Notes under the pieces: generated by a model
The model's input: only the letters and a program-made list of their open reading frames with translations
Told to the model about the DNA's origin: nothing
Database searches by the model: none
Part shown: piece by piece, positions 49,902-58,559 of the stretch
Position numbering within the stretch: the first letter of the stretch is position 1
Layout: each line of letters begins with the position of its first letter
Translations under genes and position numbers: made by a program
Virus record (IMG/VR): IMGVR_UViG_3300019360_000001
Direction: 5' to 3' (one strand)
Origin: a virus
DNA length: 64,000 bases

Positions 49902-50441
49902 TTATATTTCTTCATTATTTTCTATAGGAATCCATCCTAATTGTTTCATGTCTTTTGCAAATTCCAAATCTATTATCCCTTCCCCAGAAGAACAGAAGAA
50001 ATCCATATAATCTTCGCCTTGATTTCTTATTTCTGCTATTATTCCCCCTGCATATCGCCAACTACAACTATAAAGCCATTTAGGATCTGGCTCGGGGAAA
50101 ACCCAAAATTTATACTCAAGTTTCATTAGCTTAATATTAAGCAAACTCCAATATTTAACAGTCTTGTAAATTTTCTTACCATTTTCTTCAACACAAGGAT
50201 AAGCCATTGGAATAATTATTGACTTTCTTATCCATCCAAAAAACAATCTTGGCAACTTGCGCCAAAATTTAGCGTTAGATTTTTCCCAATCAGTATCTTT
50301 TTGTTTTAAATAATCACGCCAATCAGAAGGCGCTTTATTATTTAACCATTCAACATTGCATAAAGATGCATAAGTTCTTATGGCATAATTTTTGTTCATT
50401 AACTTTGTTTTTAATTTTATTAGATCTTCTTCAAAATTCAA
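49902..50441 (-). CDS. Conserved phage protein
   Basis: YASLCN.EW...SCSWRYAGGIIAEIR..GEDYMDFFCS..EG pattern. Confidence 0.7.
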   Translation of the reverse strand: MNFEEDLIKLKTKLMNKNYAIRTYASLCNVEWLNNKAPSDWRDYLKQKDTDWEKSNAKFWRKLPRLFFGWIRKSIIIPMAYPCVEENGKKIYKTVKYWSLLNIKLMKLEYKFWVFPEPDPKWLYSCSWRYAGGIIAEIRNQGEDYMDFFCSSGEGIIDLEFAKDMKQLGWIPIENNEEI

Positions 50442-50452
50442 TTAATATCTCC

Positions 50453-50695
50453 TTAAATAACTATTTCTGAACAACGAAATGCCTGAATTGTTTTCAGGTT
50501 TACCTTTCTATATTGTCCCTTTTTTACATCCAGGACAACAATATGTCCACTGACATCAACATCTTTTGCGCTCACCTTAGAAGGAATTTTCCCATTCAAA
50601 ATCCTCAAAGAACCATCTTGTTTGACGAACTGCACTGTAAAAAACCTTCCGGCGCTCAAATTAAACAAACGCAACCAAATGTCTTGTGCCGTCAT
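50453..50695 (-). CDS. WYL_2/Sm-like SH3 barrel protein
   Basis: FFTVQFVKQDGSLR.LNG...V.DV.KG.YR.VNL.TI. Confidence 0.7.
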   Translation of the reverse strand: MTAQDIWLRLFNLSAGRFFTVQFVKQDGSLRILNGKIPSKVSAKDVDVSGHIVVLDVKKGQYRKVNLKTIQAFRCSEIVI

Positions 50696-50793
50696 TTTGG
50701 CTCCTTAAAAAAACATCTTAGACAAAAACAAAAACACTCCTAACAAAAAACAAGCAATGAAAATTAATTTTTCTTTTGTGTTCATTAAGTCTC

Positions 50794-51105
50794 CTAGTCA
50801 ATAAAATAAAGTCCTCTCATTGTCGGTTTATCAGTTAAATTTGCTTCTAAAACATTACATGAAGACATCTCAATAATCTTACCATGAATATCGTTAATGA
50901 AACATTTTTCATAAAAACGTATAGTACATATGTAAGAAGATTTTAATTTTTTATTTGTGAATCTTGCTATTTTTTTTGCTCCAATTAATTTTTTCGATGA
51001 ATAATAGTCAAACGCATTTTTATAATGGGTTATTATTCCTTTAATACCTTTATTTGTTCCCCCAGTAAAATATACTGTTTGCCCAATTTTAAATTTTGGC
51101 TCCAT
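50794..51105 (-). CDS. KOW/SH3-like protein, tag GLYFID
   Basis: PKFKIGQTVYFTGG.NKG.KG. Confidence 0.65.
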   Translation of the reverse strand: MEPKFKIGQTVYFTGGTNKGIKGIITHYKNAFDYYSSKKLIGAKKIARFTNKKLKSSYICTIRFYEKCFINDIHGKIIEMSSCNVLEANLTDKPTMRGLYFID

Positions 51106-51117
51106 AATATTATATTC

Positions 51118-51561
51118 TCATAGTATTTCGTTAGAATAAGTATTTTTCCTAACATCCCAAAGGCCTATTTCTTTTTCTGATATAGAATAATAAACACGAA
51201 AAATGTTACAAGACTTAATAATCGCTTGACAATATTTACATGGTTTTGCAATAGCCATTTTAGTTTTATTAAATGCTAGCCTAACCACAAACAAAGAAGA
51301 CCCAAATAAATCGGCGGCAGATACATTAAGTATAGTGTGAAGTTCGCAATGAATGTTTTTCCATTTATTATTGCTTTGAGGGTGCGTTTTATATGGCTGA
51401 TTAAAGCCAATAGAAATAATTTTCCCTTTTTTAAATAACACCCCCCCGAAAAAGAAAGTAGATCCATTATTGGTTTTGCTGGCCAACTTAATGGCTAGCT
51501 GTAAGTATTTATTTTGTCTATTGTTCATTATGCTTTTTCTTTTATGAAAAAATCTAAACAA
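51118..51561 (-). CDS. Cytidine-deaminase-fold protein
   Basis: IIS.GFN...HCE...KPCKYC...I.RVYYS. Confidence 0.75.
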   Translation of the reverse strand: MFRFFHKRKSIMNNRQNKYLQLAIKLASKTNNGSTFFFGGVLFKKGKIISIGFNQPYKTHPQSNNKWKNIHCELHTILNVSAADLFGSSLFVVRLAFNKTKMAIAKPCKYCQAIIKSCNIFRVYYSISEKEIGLWDVRKNTYSNEIL

Positions 51562-51812
51562 AACATTTCAAATTCAAACTCTAAAAGCAACAAGTCTGCT
51601 AAATATTTTAATTCCCTTTTCTCCCACGGACTAGAAACTTTTTGCATTAAATCTAATGCCGAATTAATTAATTGCTTTGGGGTATTTATATTTTTAAAAG
51701 CCGTTGAGTATTTTTGCTCTGCCAGTAATTCATATAATAGATTGGCAAATTTATATGTAGAATCAGGCTTTCTTTCTTTTACCGCACTTAAATAATAGAT
51801 GAAGCTTTCCAT
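51528..51812 (-). CDS. Hypothetical protein
   Basis: ORF. Confidence 0.5.
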   Translation of the reverse strand: MESFIYYLSAVKERKPDSTYKFANLLYELLAEQKYSTAFKNINTPKQLINSALDLMQKVSSPWEKRELKYLADLLLLEFEFEMFCLDFFIKEKA

Positions 51813-51813
51813 T

Positions 51814-52055
51814 TTAGGCTTTATTTACATGAAAAATGTAATCAGGCGTAAAGTCTATAACCTTTAATTTCCGATTATGAAAAACAAGATTACGACAATG
51901 ATGATCTAATAATTCTATTCCATATTTTTCTCTTAAAAGCTTATTAATTTTAAGCCAATTGTACCAAACTGAAAATATGTACCATATGAACCAAATTTAC
52001 GTTTAGATTTTGTATCAACCGTATTTATTTTTCGTATTTTATCTTTAATAGTCAT
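51814..52055 (-). pseudogene. Internally deleted protein-kinase-like gene
   Basis: N-terminal FGSYGTYF...GLK (Gly loop plus Lys); in another frame DHHCRNL...KVIDF (catalytic loop plus DF). Confidence 0.55.
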
Positions 52056-52062
52056 ATTTAAA

Positions 52063-52092
52063 ATGGCAGGGCCCAATTAAGGGCCCAACCAT
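52063..52092 (-). terminator. Intrinsic terminator
   Basis: ATGGTTGGGCCC-TTAATT-GGGCCCTGCCAT followed by TTT. Confidence 0.65.
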
Positions 52093-52113
52093 TATATCAG
52101 TGTCGGTTTTTAA

Positions 52114-52383
52114 TTATCCGTTAATTTTGCTTTGCAAATCTGCAACAAGAGCCTTTTTCTTTTCTAGTTGCTTGACTAGTTCATCACGATTTGCTCGTTC
52201 GGCAACGATTAGTTGCTCCAAAAGAATTCTGAGAGTTGCTAACTTTGTTTCGTTGATTTGTAGATGTTCTCTCTGGCGTTCAACTACGCCTAATAGATTA
52301 TTGATTTGCTTTTCCGTGCCTAGAACCGTTGGCTTTCGCCCTTTACGCTTTTCTTGTGACATTACTAAATCCTTTCCGCCCAT
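52114..52383 (-). CDS. Coiled-coil hypothetical protein
   Basis: Probable start MSQEK; heptad pattern. Confidence 0.6.
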   Translation of the reverse strand: MGGKDLVMSQEKRKGRKPTVLGTEKQINNLLGVVERQREHLQINETKLATLRILLEQLIVAERANRDELVKQLEKKKALVADLQSKING

Positions 52384-52391
52384 AAAAGGGC

Positions 52392-52625
52392 TTACTCTTT
52401 AACCCATTCTCCTAGATTGTGATTATCTCTAAGTCTTGAAACATACATTCCAAGATATTCATCCGGAGTTGATCTAATCATAGTTTCTTCGTAATTCTTT
52501 TTTGGATTTCCATCTGCGTCAAGTTTCATAGTCCAAGTTCGGCCCTTCATCATTGGGGCATTTCTTGGATAGTGCTTTTTTGAATCAAACTTTATTGCGG
52601 TTTCTTTTGTATTTGTAATGGTCAT
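52392..52625 (-). CDS. Hypothetical protein
   Basis: SD AAGGT upstream. Confidence 0.55.
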   Translation of the reverse strand: MTITNTKETAIKFDSKKHYPRNAPMMKGRTWTMKLDADGNPKKNYEETMIRSTPDEYLGMYVSRLRDNHNLGEWVKE

Positions 52626-52789
52626 TTTAATACCTTACTGGTTTCAAGTTAAGCCCAAGCTCCCTAGAAAGCTTTTGGGCTGTTTTCTCACAAATCCATA
52701 ACTCAAATGTTCCATCATGTGTAGTTAGAATGTATTTTCGCATAATTTACCTCTTAATCATGATTGGCCTTTCTAAAATATTTATTCCA

Positions 52790-53050
52790 TTATTCATTCA
52801 TGGCCTCATTACAACTCCTTTTGGAAGGGCAAATAGTTAAACTTTCACAACCATTTTTTGCCTCATTATATTGAGGATGATTCTTATTCCATGTACCATT
52901 TTGTGGCGAATAACAAGTTCCAACAGCAAACTCAATAGGATCTTCAATTCCACATTCCAGACAATATGCTCCTGGATAACCAGACCATCTATGTGATTGC
53001 CAATTTTTAATTATCTGTTGTTCCATAATTAGTCTATCCATTTTGTCCAT
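52790..53050 (-). CDS. Hypothetical protein
   Basis: HRWSG.PGA.CL.CG.ED motif. Confidence 0.55.
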   Translation of the reverse strand: MDKMDRLIMEQQIIKNWQSHRWSGYPGAYCLECGIEDPIEFAVGTCYSPQNGTWNKNHPQYNEAKNGCESLTICPSKRSCNEAMNE

Positions 53051-53391
53051 ACGCCATCTTTAAAAACTTCGATCTTTAAATTTTCTGGACTCATAGACTC
53101 TTCAACTTCTTGTTCAACGGTTTTTTTATTGAGTATTTCATAAACCTTTCTATGCCACCATATCTTAAACTTTGGATTATTTACTAGCGTATTAAGAGCA
53201 TCTTTGATATTTCGACTTTTTTCTCTGTGATTTTGCCCGGTACTTCTTGCTCCGCTTTCAGGATGATGTATTCTTACACAATTTTTACATTTATTTCTAT
53301 GTTGGCCTCCCGGACCATGGCCAGAAAAATAACTTATTTCTAGATCATTTTTTGACACTGTAAATAGCAATTCTTTTTTTGGGCTATTCAT
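53029..53391 (-). CDS. Peptide chain release factor-like GGQ-domain protein
   Basis: GHGPGGQHRNK...VRIHHPESGA...R...N...A. Confidence 0.85.
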   Translation of the reverse strand: MNSPKKELLFTVSKNDLEISYFSGHGPGGQHRNKCKNCVRIHHPESGARSTGQNHREKSRNIKDALNTLVNNPKFKIWWHRKVYEILNKKTVEQEVEESMSPENLKIEVFKDGVWTKWID

Positions 53392-53705
53392 CGATTATAG
53401 TAGATCCCATCCATTCTATTTGGGTCTGAAAAAGAAGTTCTTTGGAAAAGATAATCATGCTCTGGTTTTCTTTGCCAACTAGTTATTTTTTTTGCCCATT
53501 GAATACGTACAAAATCTGATGATGACTCAATAATTGTTCCATTTATATGCAAATCGCCTTTTTTATAAATTACTTTATCGCCAATCACTAGTTTTGTTTT
53601 ATAATTCATAAAAAATGGTAGACCGGCTTGGTAATGCTCCAAGTGGAACTGAGATATAAGCTCAGTGGATGGACTTCCTTCCTCCCGGTCTACTATTATA
53701 TCCAC
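53388..53705 (-). CDS. SH3-like protein, tag GIYYNR
   Basis: LVIGDKVIY...GTII...VRIQW. Confidence 0.6.
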   Translation of the reverse strand: MDIIVDREEGSPSTELISQFHLEHYQAGLPFFMNYKTKLVIGDKVIYKKGDLHINGTIIESSSDFVRIQWAKKITSWQRKPEHDYLFQRTSFSDPNRMDGIYYNR

Positions 53706-54054
53706 TTAAGGATATTATTTATTTTTTATCTTTTCGTAAGTTTATATGAAACTTCGGCCAAATAACAGGAAACATCGGTATCATCACTGGCTTTTTTATC
53801 TTTACGTTTTCGCCTACATTTTTTGACGCACTCTCCATAATTAATATAATACTCCCTTTTAAATTTTGGCTTCATATTTGATCCAATCATCACAAGACAG
53901 TTCAATACAATGTAAACTGTTTCTGTTAGTGTGATTGCTCAGTTGTAAATTAATAGACCCGTCTTCTTTGATTTCAACGAAACATTCTCCATTAGTTTGG
54001 GTCCAGCTTTTTTTGGTTATCTTTTTGAACTTTCTTGCTGCTTCAATGAATGTA

Positions 54055-54321
54055 TTAAAATACAGTCAAATCACAAGTTAAGAAAGTGTATGTTTCTATA
54101 TACTCTTGCCAATCAAGAGCCAACAAATCACTAATAGGGATTATTGCTACACAACTCGAATCGTATGTCTTATTACCATCTCTAGTGACAAAAGAATATT
54201 GCCAATAACTAGGACTACAAGGCATAGTTAAGCAATATTTGCCAACTAAAATATATTGGCTATCTGGCCAAACTACTCTTTTAATTTTCTTGTACAGAGA
54301 AATTGCATCGCAAAAATTCAT
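54055..54321 (-). CDS. DUF2829/Tad2-like protein
   Basis: MNF.DA...KKIKR..W...YI...P.SDLLA.DW. Confidence 0.55.
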   Translation of the reverse strand: MNFCDAISLYKKIKRVVWPDSQYILVGKYCLTMPCSPSYWQYSFVTRDGNKTYDSSCVAIIPISDLLALDWQEYIETYTFLTCDLTVF

Positions 54322-54554
54322 TAATCCTCCAGTTCACTAAATGGCAAATCTTCATCTAAATCATCGGGTTCTTCATCCATGTCCATTTGTCTTTCTTCTT
54401 CGTTTCGCCAAAGTTCTTCGATTTCTTCATCTGACAAAAGATCTGGTCCTAGATCTTTCATCATCTCATCAATCATATTTTCATCTCTTTCGACGAGTTC
54501 ATCCGGATCATAGTTTTCATCTGACTCTGTATCAATCATTTTATTTCCTTTCAT
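54321..54554 (-). CDS. Highly acidic small protein
   Basis: Over 40% Asp/Glu. Confidence 0.65.
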   Translation of the reverse strand: MKGNKMIDTESDENYDPDELVERDENMIDEMMKDLGPDLLSDEEIEELWRNEEERQMDMDEEPDDLDEDLPFSELED

Positions 54555-54805
54555 AAAAGAATTTCTACAATTTCCCTATTGTTTCTTTGGTCTACAATTC
54601 TACCTCCTAGTATTTGTGTTTCTGGAAATCTTTGTTTGATGTTTTCGTTTAGACCTCCCGGGTTTAGGCTATTAATATAAGATTCAATATATATAGCTAA
54701 ATTTATATCGTTAGGATTTCCGTTTAGTTTTGGATCCCACTTTGAACAACCAAAGTAGCATCCAGAAGTATAAAGTTCTACTCTATATTTATAGTCAAGT
54801 TTCAT
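54551..54805 (-). CDS. Hypothetical protein
   Basis: Coupled ORF. Confidence 0.55.
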   Translation of the reverse strand: MKLDYKYRVELYTSGCYFGCSKWDPKLNGNPNDINLAIYIESYINSLNPGGLNENIKQRFPETQILGGRIVDQRNNREIVEILL

Positions 54806-55024
54806 TTAATCACAACTTGCGTAACAATGCCAAGTTGCAACGAAAAGTTTATTAGAAACTTCTTTGCAATCAAAACAATAAAATCCATAGCCAACATGAT
54901 TATAACCTAATTCGCATTGTGATTCTATTGCCTCTGACTTTTTAACTGGCTTATCTGATTCAATTTTAAAAAAAATTTGTCCACCAGTTCCATTTCCTAT
55001 TTGGCTAGTAATTTTTGCCTTCAC
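54806..55024 (-). CDS. Hypothetical protein
   Basis: SD AGGAG; Q..LGY...GYGFY...W.C..SCD. Confidence 0.6.
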   Translation of the reverse strand: MKAKITSQIGNGTGGQIFFKIESDKPVKKSEAIESQCELGYNHVGYGFYCFDCKEVSNKLFVATWHCYASCD

Positions 55025-55126
55025 TTTGTTCTCCTGATTATTTTTACTTGTCCTTTATAGGAAACAAATACCCACATGAATTGTGATTTGACCAGTTTTA
55101 TTACTTTCATTTCAAAAATTAAATCC

Positions 55127-55318
55127 TTATCTATTTTTTACAAAAACAATTTTTTTCTTAAACTCTCTATCAGAAAGAGATGAATTACATTTATTGCATT
55201 GTTTTATTTGGATAGTATATGTTGGAATATATTCTACGAACCAAGTTTGACCGCATATTAAACACGGAACTTTTGCTAATGGCAACGCATGCTTAGAAAA
55301 AGAAAATATTTGTTGCAT
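55127..55318 (-). CDS. Small Zn-ribbon protein
   Basis: CLIC...CNKC; SD GAGG. Confidence 0.55.
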   Translation of the reverse strand: MQQIFSFSKHALPLAKVPCLICGQTWFVEYIPTYTIQIKQCNKCNSSLSDREFKKKIVFVKNR

Positions 55319-55334
55319 TTTTCCTCTTTAAAAT

Positions 55335-55400
55335 TCCGCCCCGGACTTATATTTAGTTCCCTCGACCCTAATTAAGGAGTTCATAATAGTCCAGGGCGGA
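55335..55400 (-). other. Long intergenic hairpin (processing site or terminator)
   Basis: TCCGCCCTGGACT...AGTCCGGGGCGGA 13-bp basal stem with one GU pair on the minus strand. Confidence 0.55.
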
Positions 55401-55411
55401 CAAATGTAATG

Positions 55412-55912
55412 TTATCTTCGTGTTTCAACTACACCAATATCTCTATTGTGTTGGTAAATCTTTAAACAATTTGGGCATTCTTTTACTGTCTTCCCTAATC
55501 TCAGGCCTCGATAGTTGGGATGGGATGGGCATGGTCCTACGGTAGATTTGCCGTTCGCCTGAGCCCCTATGGGCTTCTCCGTAGGCTTCTCAGTTGTCGA
55601 TACGGTTCCCTCGATAGGTTCCGGACCTCCGGTTTCGACAGATTTTTCTTTTAACTTATCGTCAATTCTCTTTTGCATTTCTTCAATTCTTTTATTTGTT
55701 TGGCGCAAAGTCTTCTGGATATCTTCTTCAAATTCTCTCTGTACATCATCATCTTTTGCCTCAATATGCTCTTTTGGATTAAAAGGAGGAATATCTTTTG
55801 CGCCTTCCCCTTGTTCTATTCCTGTAATAAAATATTTGATGTCTTCAGGATTCCAATCGTTCGGAATAGGAAGTTTTAAGTGTTTGCCTTTGTGACAAGT
55901 GTAAAAGTACAT
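55412..55912 (-). CDS. Hypothetical protein
   Basis: SD AAGGAG; coiled coil; C-terminal C..HP.Y.G...CPNC. Confidence 0.65.
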   Translation of the reverse strand: MYFYTCHKGKHLKLPIPNDWNPEDIKYFITGIEQGEGAKDIPPFNPKEHIEAKDDDVQREFEEDIQKTLRQTNKRIEEMQKRIDDKLKEKSVETGGPEPIEGTVSTTEKPTEKPIGAQANGKSTVGPCPSHPNYRGLRLGKTVKECPNCLKIYQHNRDIGVVETRR

Positions 55913-55920
55913 TGTACTCC

Positions 55921-56274
55921 TTAGCTTATAAAATAAAGCCCAAAATGCTTTCGATGTATTTTATACAATAATTCGCCCACCAAAACTGATGGATTATAAC
56001 ATAATCCACAAAGTTTAATCACATCAAATATTTCTTTTTTAATGCATTTGCCACAAATTAAACAGCTTGGTTTATACACCTTTCTTATATTGGAATGGGA
56101 AAAAACCTCTGCTATTTTACAATAGCATACATAACAATGCATGTGTGTATTGATATCAGCATGATAAAATGCTGTATTTTCTCCGCAAGAACATTTATTC
56201 AATGTTTTTCCTTTTCTATAGACGAAAATGTTCCTAGTTACATCATAATTTATAGTAAACATCCTTTCTAGCAT
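55921..56274 (-). CDS. Cys-rich small protein, tag GLYFIS
   Basis: CSC, CYVC, CLIC, CGLC. Confidence 0.65.
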   Translation of the reverse strand: MLERMFTINYDVTRNIFVYRKGKTLNKCSCGENTAFYHADINTHMHCYVCYCKIAEVFSHSNIRKVYKPSCLICGKCIKKEIFDVIKLCGLCYNPSVLVGELLYKIHRKHFGLYFIS

Positions 56275-56473
56275 TTTTCCATTTTTCTATTAATATTTCA
56301 CTAGGAATTAATTCTTTAGAAGCACAAGCAGTACAAAACACGAGATAATAAAGTGGAATATTTTTTTCACATATTAAACACACTTTGATAAGATTTTTTT
56401 GTTTTAAAGCTAAAAGTGCATCAGAACAATTGTAGCAATAACGCCCAGTTTTATAGCAATAACATTTATTCAT
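56243..56473 (-). CDS. Cys-rich small protein, tag DVYYKL
   Basis: CYC, CYNC, CLIC, CTAC. Confidence 0.7.
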   Translation of the reverse strand: MNKCYCYKTGRYCYNCSDALLALKQKNLIKVCLICEKNIPLYYLVFCTACASKELIPSEILIEKWKNARKDVYYKL

Positions 56474-56483
56474 ATTTATTAAT

Positions 56484-56560
56484 TGGTAGCTCCGGTCAGA
56501 TTTGAACTGACACTAACATCCTTTTAAGAGATGTGCCTCTGCCAATTGGGCTACGGAGCC
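56484..56560 (-). tRNA. tRNA-Leu(UAA) with encoded CCA and short variable loop
   Basis: Acceptor GGCTCCG/CGGAGCT, D loop AATTGGCAGA, anticodon arm CATCT-CTTAAAA-GGATG, T arm GTCAG-TTCAAAT-CTGAC, 3' ACCA. Confidence 0.9.
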
Positions 56561-56633
56561 ATATAAATCTCTGAATCATTCAAATCATCTTAGCAAAAAT
56601 TTCATCATTCGGGGCAGAATTCGACTCCGTTAA

Positions 56634-56662
56634 AGTATACCATGGGAGCCTTATCCAGTCAA
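56634..56662 (-). promoter_or_regulatory. sigma70 promoter upstream of the tRNA
   Basis: TTGACT-17 nt-TATACT with extended TG. Confidence 0.75.
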
Positions 56663-56687
56663 GGGATTTCACAAGTCGTTTCCACGT

Positions 56688-56951
56688 TTAGACTTGAGGA
56701 ATAAAGCCCAGTATATTATCAATTTCTTCTTCTTGAATTTGCTCTACATTTATATTATTATTTCTGGCCAAATCTTTAAACCACTTATTTATATGTCTTG
56801 AAGTGGTTACTGATTTAAATAGTGCCAATTTGTAATATTTTCCACTTTCCCTGTTTCAAAATGCAACTGGTTTACCATAAGAAAAAAGAATACTTAGATG
56901 GCCAATTTCAACTTCTATGGCAGTTTTTGAGTTTAATTTAGTAACTTTCAT
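56688..56951 (-). pseudogene. Conserved phage protein with an in-frame TGA
   Basis: MKVTKLN...ILFSYGKPVAF*NRESGKYY...SVTTSRHINKW...; TGA at 56856-56858. Confidence 0.65.
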
Positions 56952-57352
56952 TTTTCTACCAAAGTAAATTGCCTACAGCATCTATTACAAGTAAAAATTT
57001 CAGAAACGTCATTTAATATAAGTGTTCCAACACGACAAAACCTACAAATTGAACACTTTAATTTTTTCTCAAACTTTTCCTCGAATTCTTTCCTCGCTTC
57101 ATCTTCTCCTTCGCAACGTCCTAGATGATAAGAATCTTGTTTTTCTGTTTCTATTCTATTATTTATTTCGTCTATAATATCATTGAAAACATATTTAAGA
57201 TTTTCAATAATATGTTCATAAAGCTCTTTTGCTAATGTTGGCGAAAATTTTTGCTCTTTGAAATATATGTTATCGTATACTGTATGTTGAAAATCATTAA
57301 TAGTCTGAATAATGAATTCATTAATACGTTTGATCATATCTTCTGGATACAT
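56948..57352 (-). CDS. Hypothetical protein with C-terminal Zn ribbon
   Basis: CRFC...CNRC. Confidence 0.55.
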   Translation of the reverse strand: MYPEDMIKRINEFIIQTINDFQHTVYDNIYFKEQKFSPTLAKELYEHIIENLKYVFNDIIDEINNRIETEKQDSYHLGRCEGEDEARKEFEEKFEKKLKCSICRFCRVGTLILNDVSEIFTCNRCCRQFTLVEK

Positions 57353-57534
57353 TAGTATTTTCCCTCATCAAGAATTTCATCGTATATTAGCCTAGCATTA
57401 TCCGGGCTAATTCCTAATGCAATAAAAAATCCTATGGCAATTGATTCAGGGTCCAAATTGCCTTCGGGATCTACTTCCTTAGATTTCTTATAGATTTGCT
57501 TGCACCACAAATCTTTTGCTTGTTCGTTAGTCAC
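57352..57534 (-). CDS. Hypothetical protein
   Basis: Coupled ORF. Confidence 0.55.
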   Translation of the reverse strand: MTNEQAKDLWCKQIYKKSKEVDPEGNLDPESIAIGFFIALGISPDNARLIYDEILDEGKY

Positions 57535-57849
57535 GTTACACCCAAAATAAAAGCAAATAAAGGCAAAGAATAATTAAAACTTTAGCCACAAATACAGTCA
57601 AGTACTTTGTCATTTTTGTCCTTTTCTAAGGCTTATATATAAACACCAGAGTTTTATGTATCTCATGTTTGCCTTTCCATTCAAAACTTTGTGAAACTTA
57701 TTTCTATTACATCTTCCCAAGGAATCCAAACATGAATTAAATTTCCTGCACTACATTGATATTCGATGCTGATTTCTTCTTCCATTATGTCACAAACATA
57801 ACCGCCATTCGTATAAGAACTTTTTACATTTACGTAACACATATTTCCC

Positions 57850-58104
57850 TCACTTGGTTTCTTCTTCGGTCAAAGAAAGAAAAAACAAATTTAGTTCGTC
57901 AATAGCATCGTGGTGATAAAGCCCATGTTTGATAGGAACTCTTACTTTTTCTGGATATCTTTTCCAGGTTTTTGGTTTGCCTGAAACTCGCCATTTTTGC
58001 CTTTTTCCCTTAGAGTTACGATTGACGACATGATAAAGGATTTGACCATAAATCAATCCCTTGGCTTGCTCTAAAGTAAGCATAAATTCTCCCTTAAATC
58101 CCAA
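57850..58104 (-). CDS. Conserved phage protein
   Basis: WRVSGKPKTWKR.P...RVPIKHGLY; probable start MLTLEQ. Confidence 0.65.
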   Translation of the reverse strand: MGFKGEFMLTLEQAKGLIYGQILYHVVNRNSKGKRQKWRVSGKPKTWKRYPEKVRVPIKHGLYHHDAIDELNLFFLSLTEEETK

Positions 58105-58119
58105 TGCATTTATTAGCTC

Positions 58120-58326
58120 TTATAACCAGTGATAAAGTCCATTCATTTTTTTTGAATAATAACTGACAGGTAAAAATTTTCTAATGCATATATCACATAA
58201 AAAATAATTACAGTTTATTTTACAATCTATACATTTCCAATCATTGGAATGCCAAAATATATCCCATAACGTACTGGAGCATTTGTAACAATGAACAAAA
58301 TCTTCACACTTATTACAATTATTCAT
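58120..58326 (-). CDS. Cys-rich small protein, tag GLYHWL
   Basis: Four CxxC pairs; paralog of 33731..33979. Confidence 0.7.
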   Translation of the reverse strand: MNNCNKCEDFVHCYKCSSTLWDIFWHSNDWKCIDCKINCNYFLCDICIRKFLPVSYYSKKMNGLYHWL

Positions 58327-58559
58327 ATTATATAGTAAATCCCTTTTAATTTGCCACTATAATATGTTAGTGGCAAGTTTTTCTTGTAACAAGACGAACA
58401 TAAAATATGATCGCCATACATGTTTTTAATGCCACAATTTAAGCAAATTGTATCTTCATCAAAAAACCTCGCTTCATGAATTGTAACTAGATGGTTCCAA
58501 CAATAATCGCAATAGTTTGCATTGTTATTTAAAATATTGTTCCCACAAGTGCATTTCAT
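58323..58559 (-). CDS. Cys-rich small protein, tag GIYYII
   Basis: Paralog of 33976..34227. Confidence 0.7.
   Translation of the reverse strand: MKCTCGNNILNNNANYCDYCWNHLVTIHEARFFDEDTICLNCGIKNMYGDHILCSSCYKKNLPLTYYSGKLKGIYYII

Noticed and set aside
56856-56858. Stop-codon reassignment suggested by an in-frame TGA (and the TAA at 24390) plus a GGQ protein
   Set aside because: Long genes are intact in the standard code, and TGA, TAG and TAA all end genes at sensible positions, including many ATGA overlaps. These look like isolated lesions.
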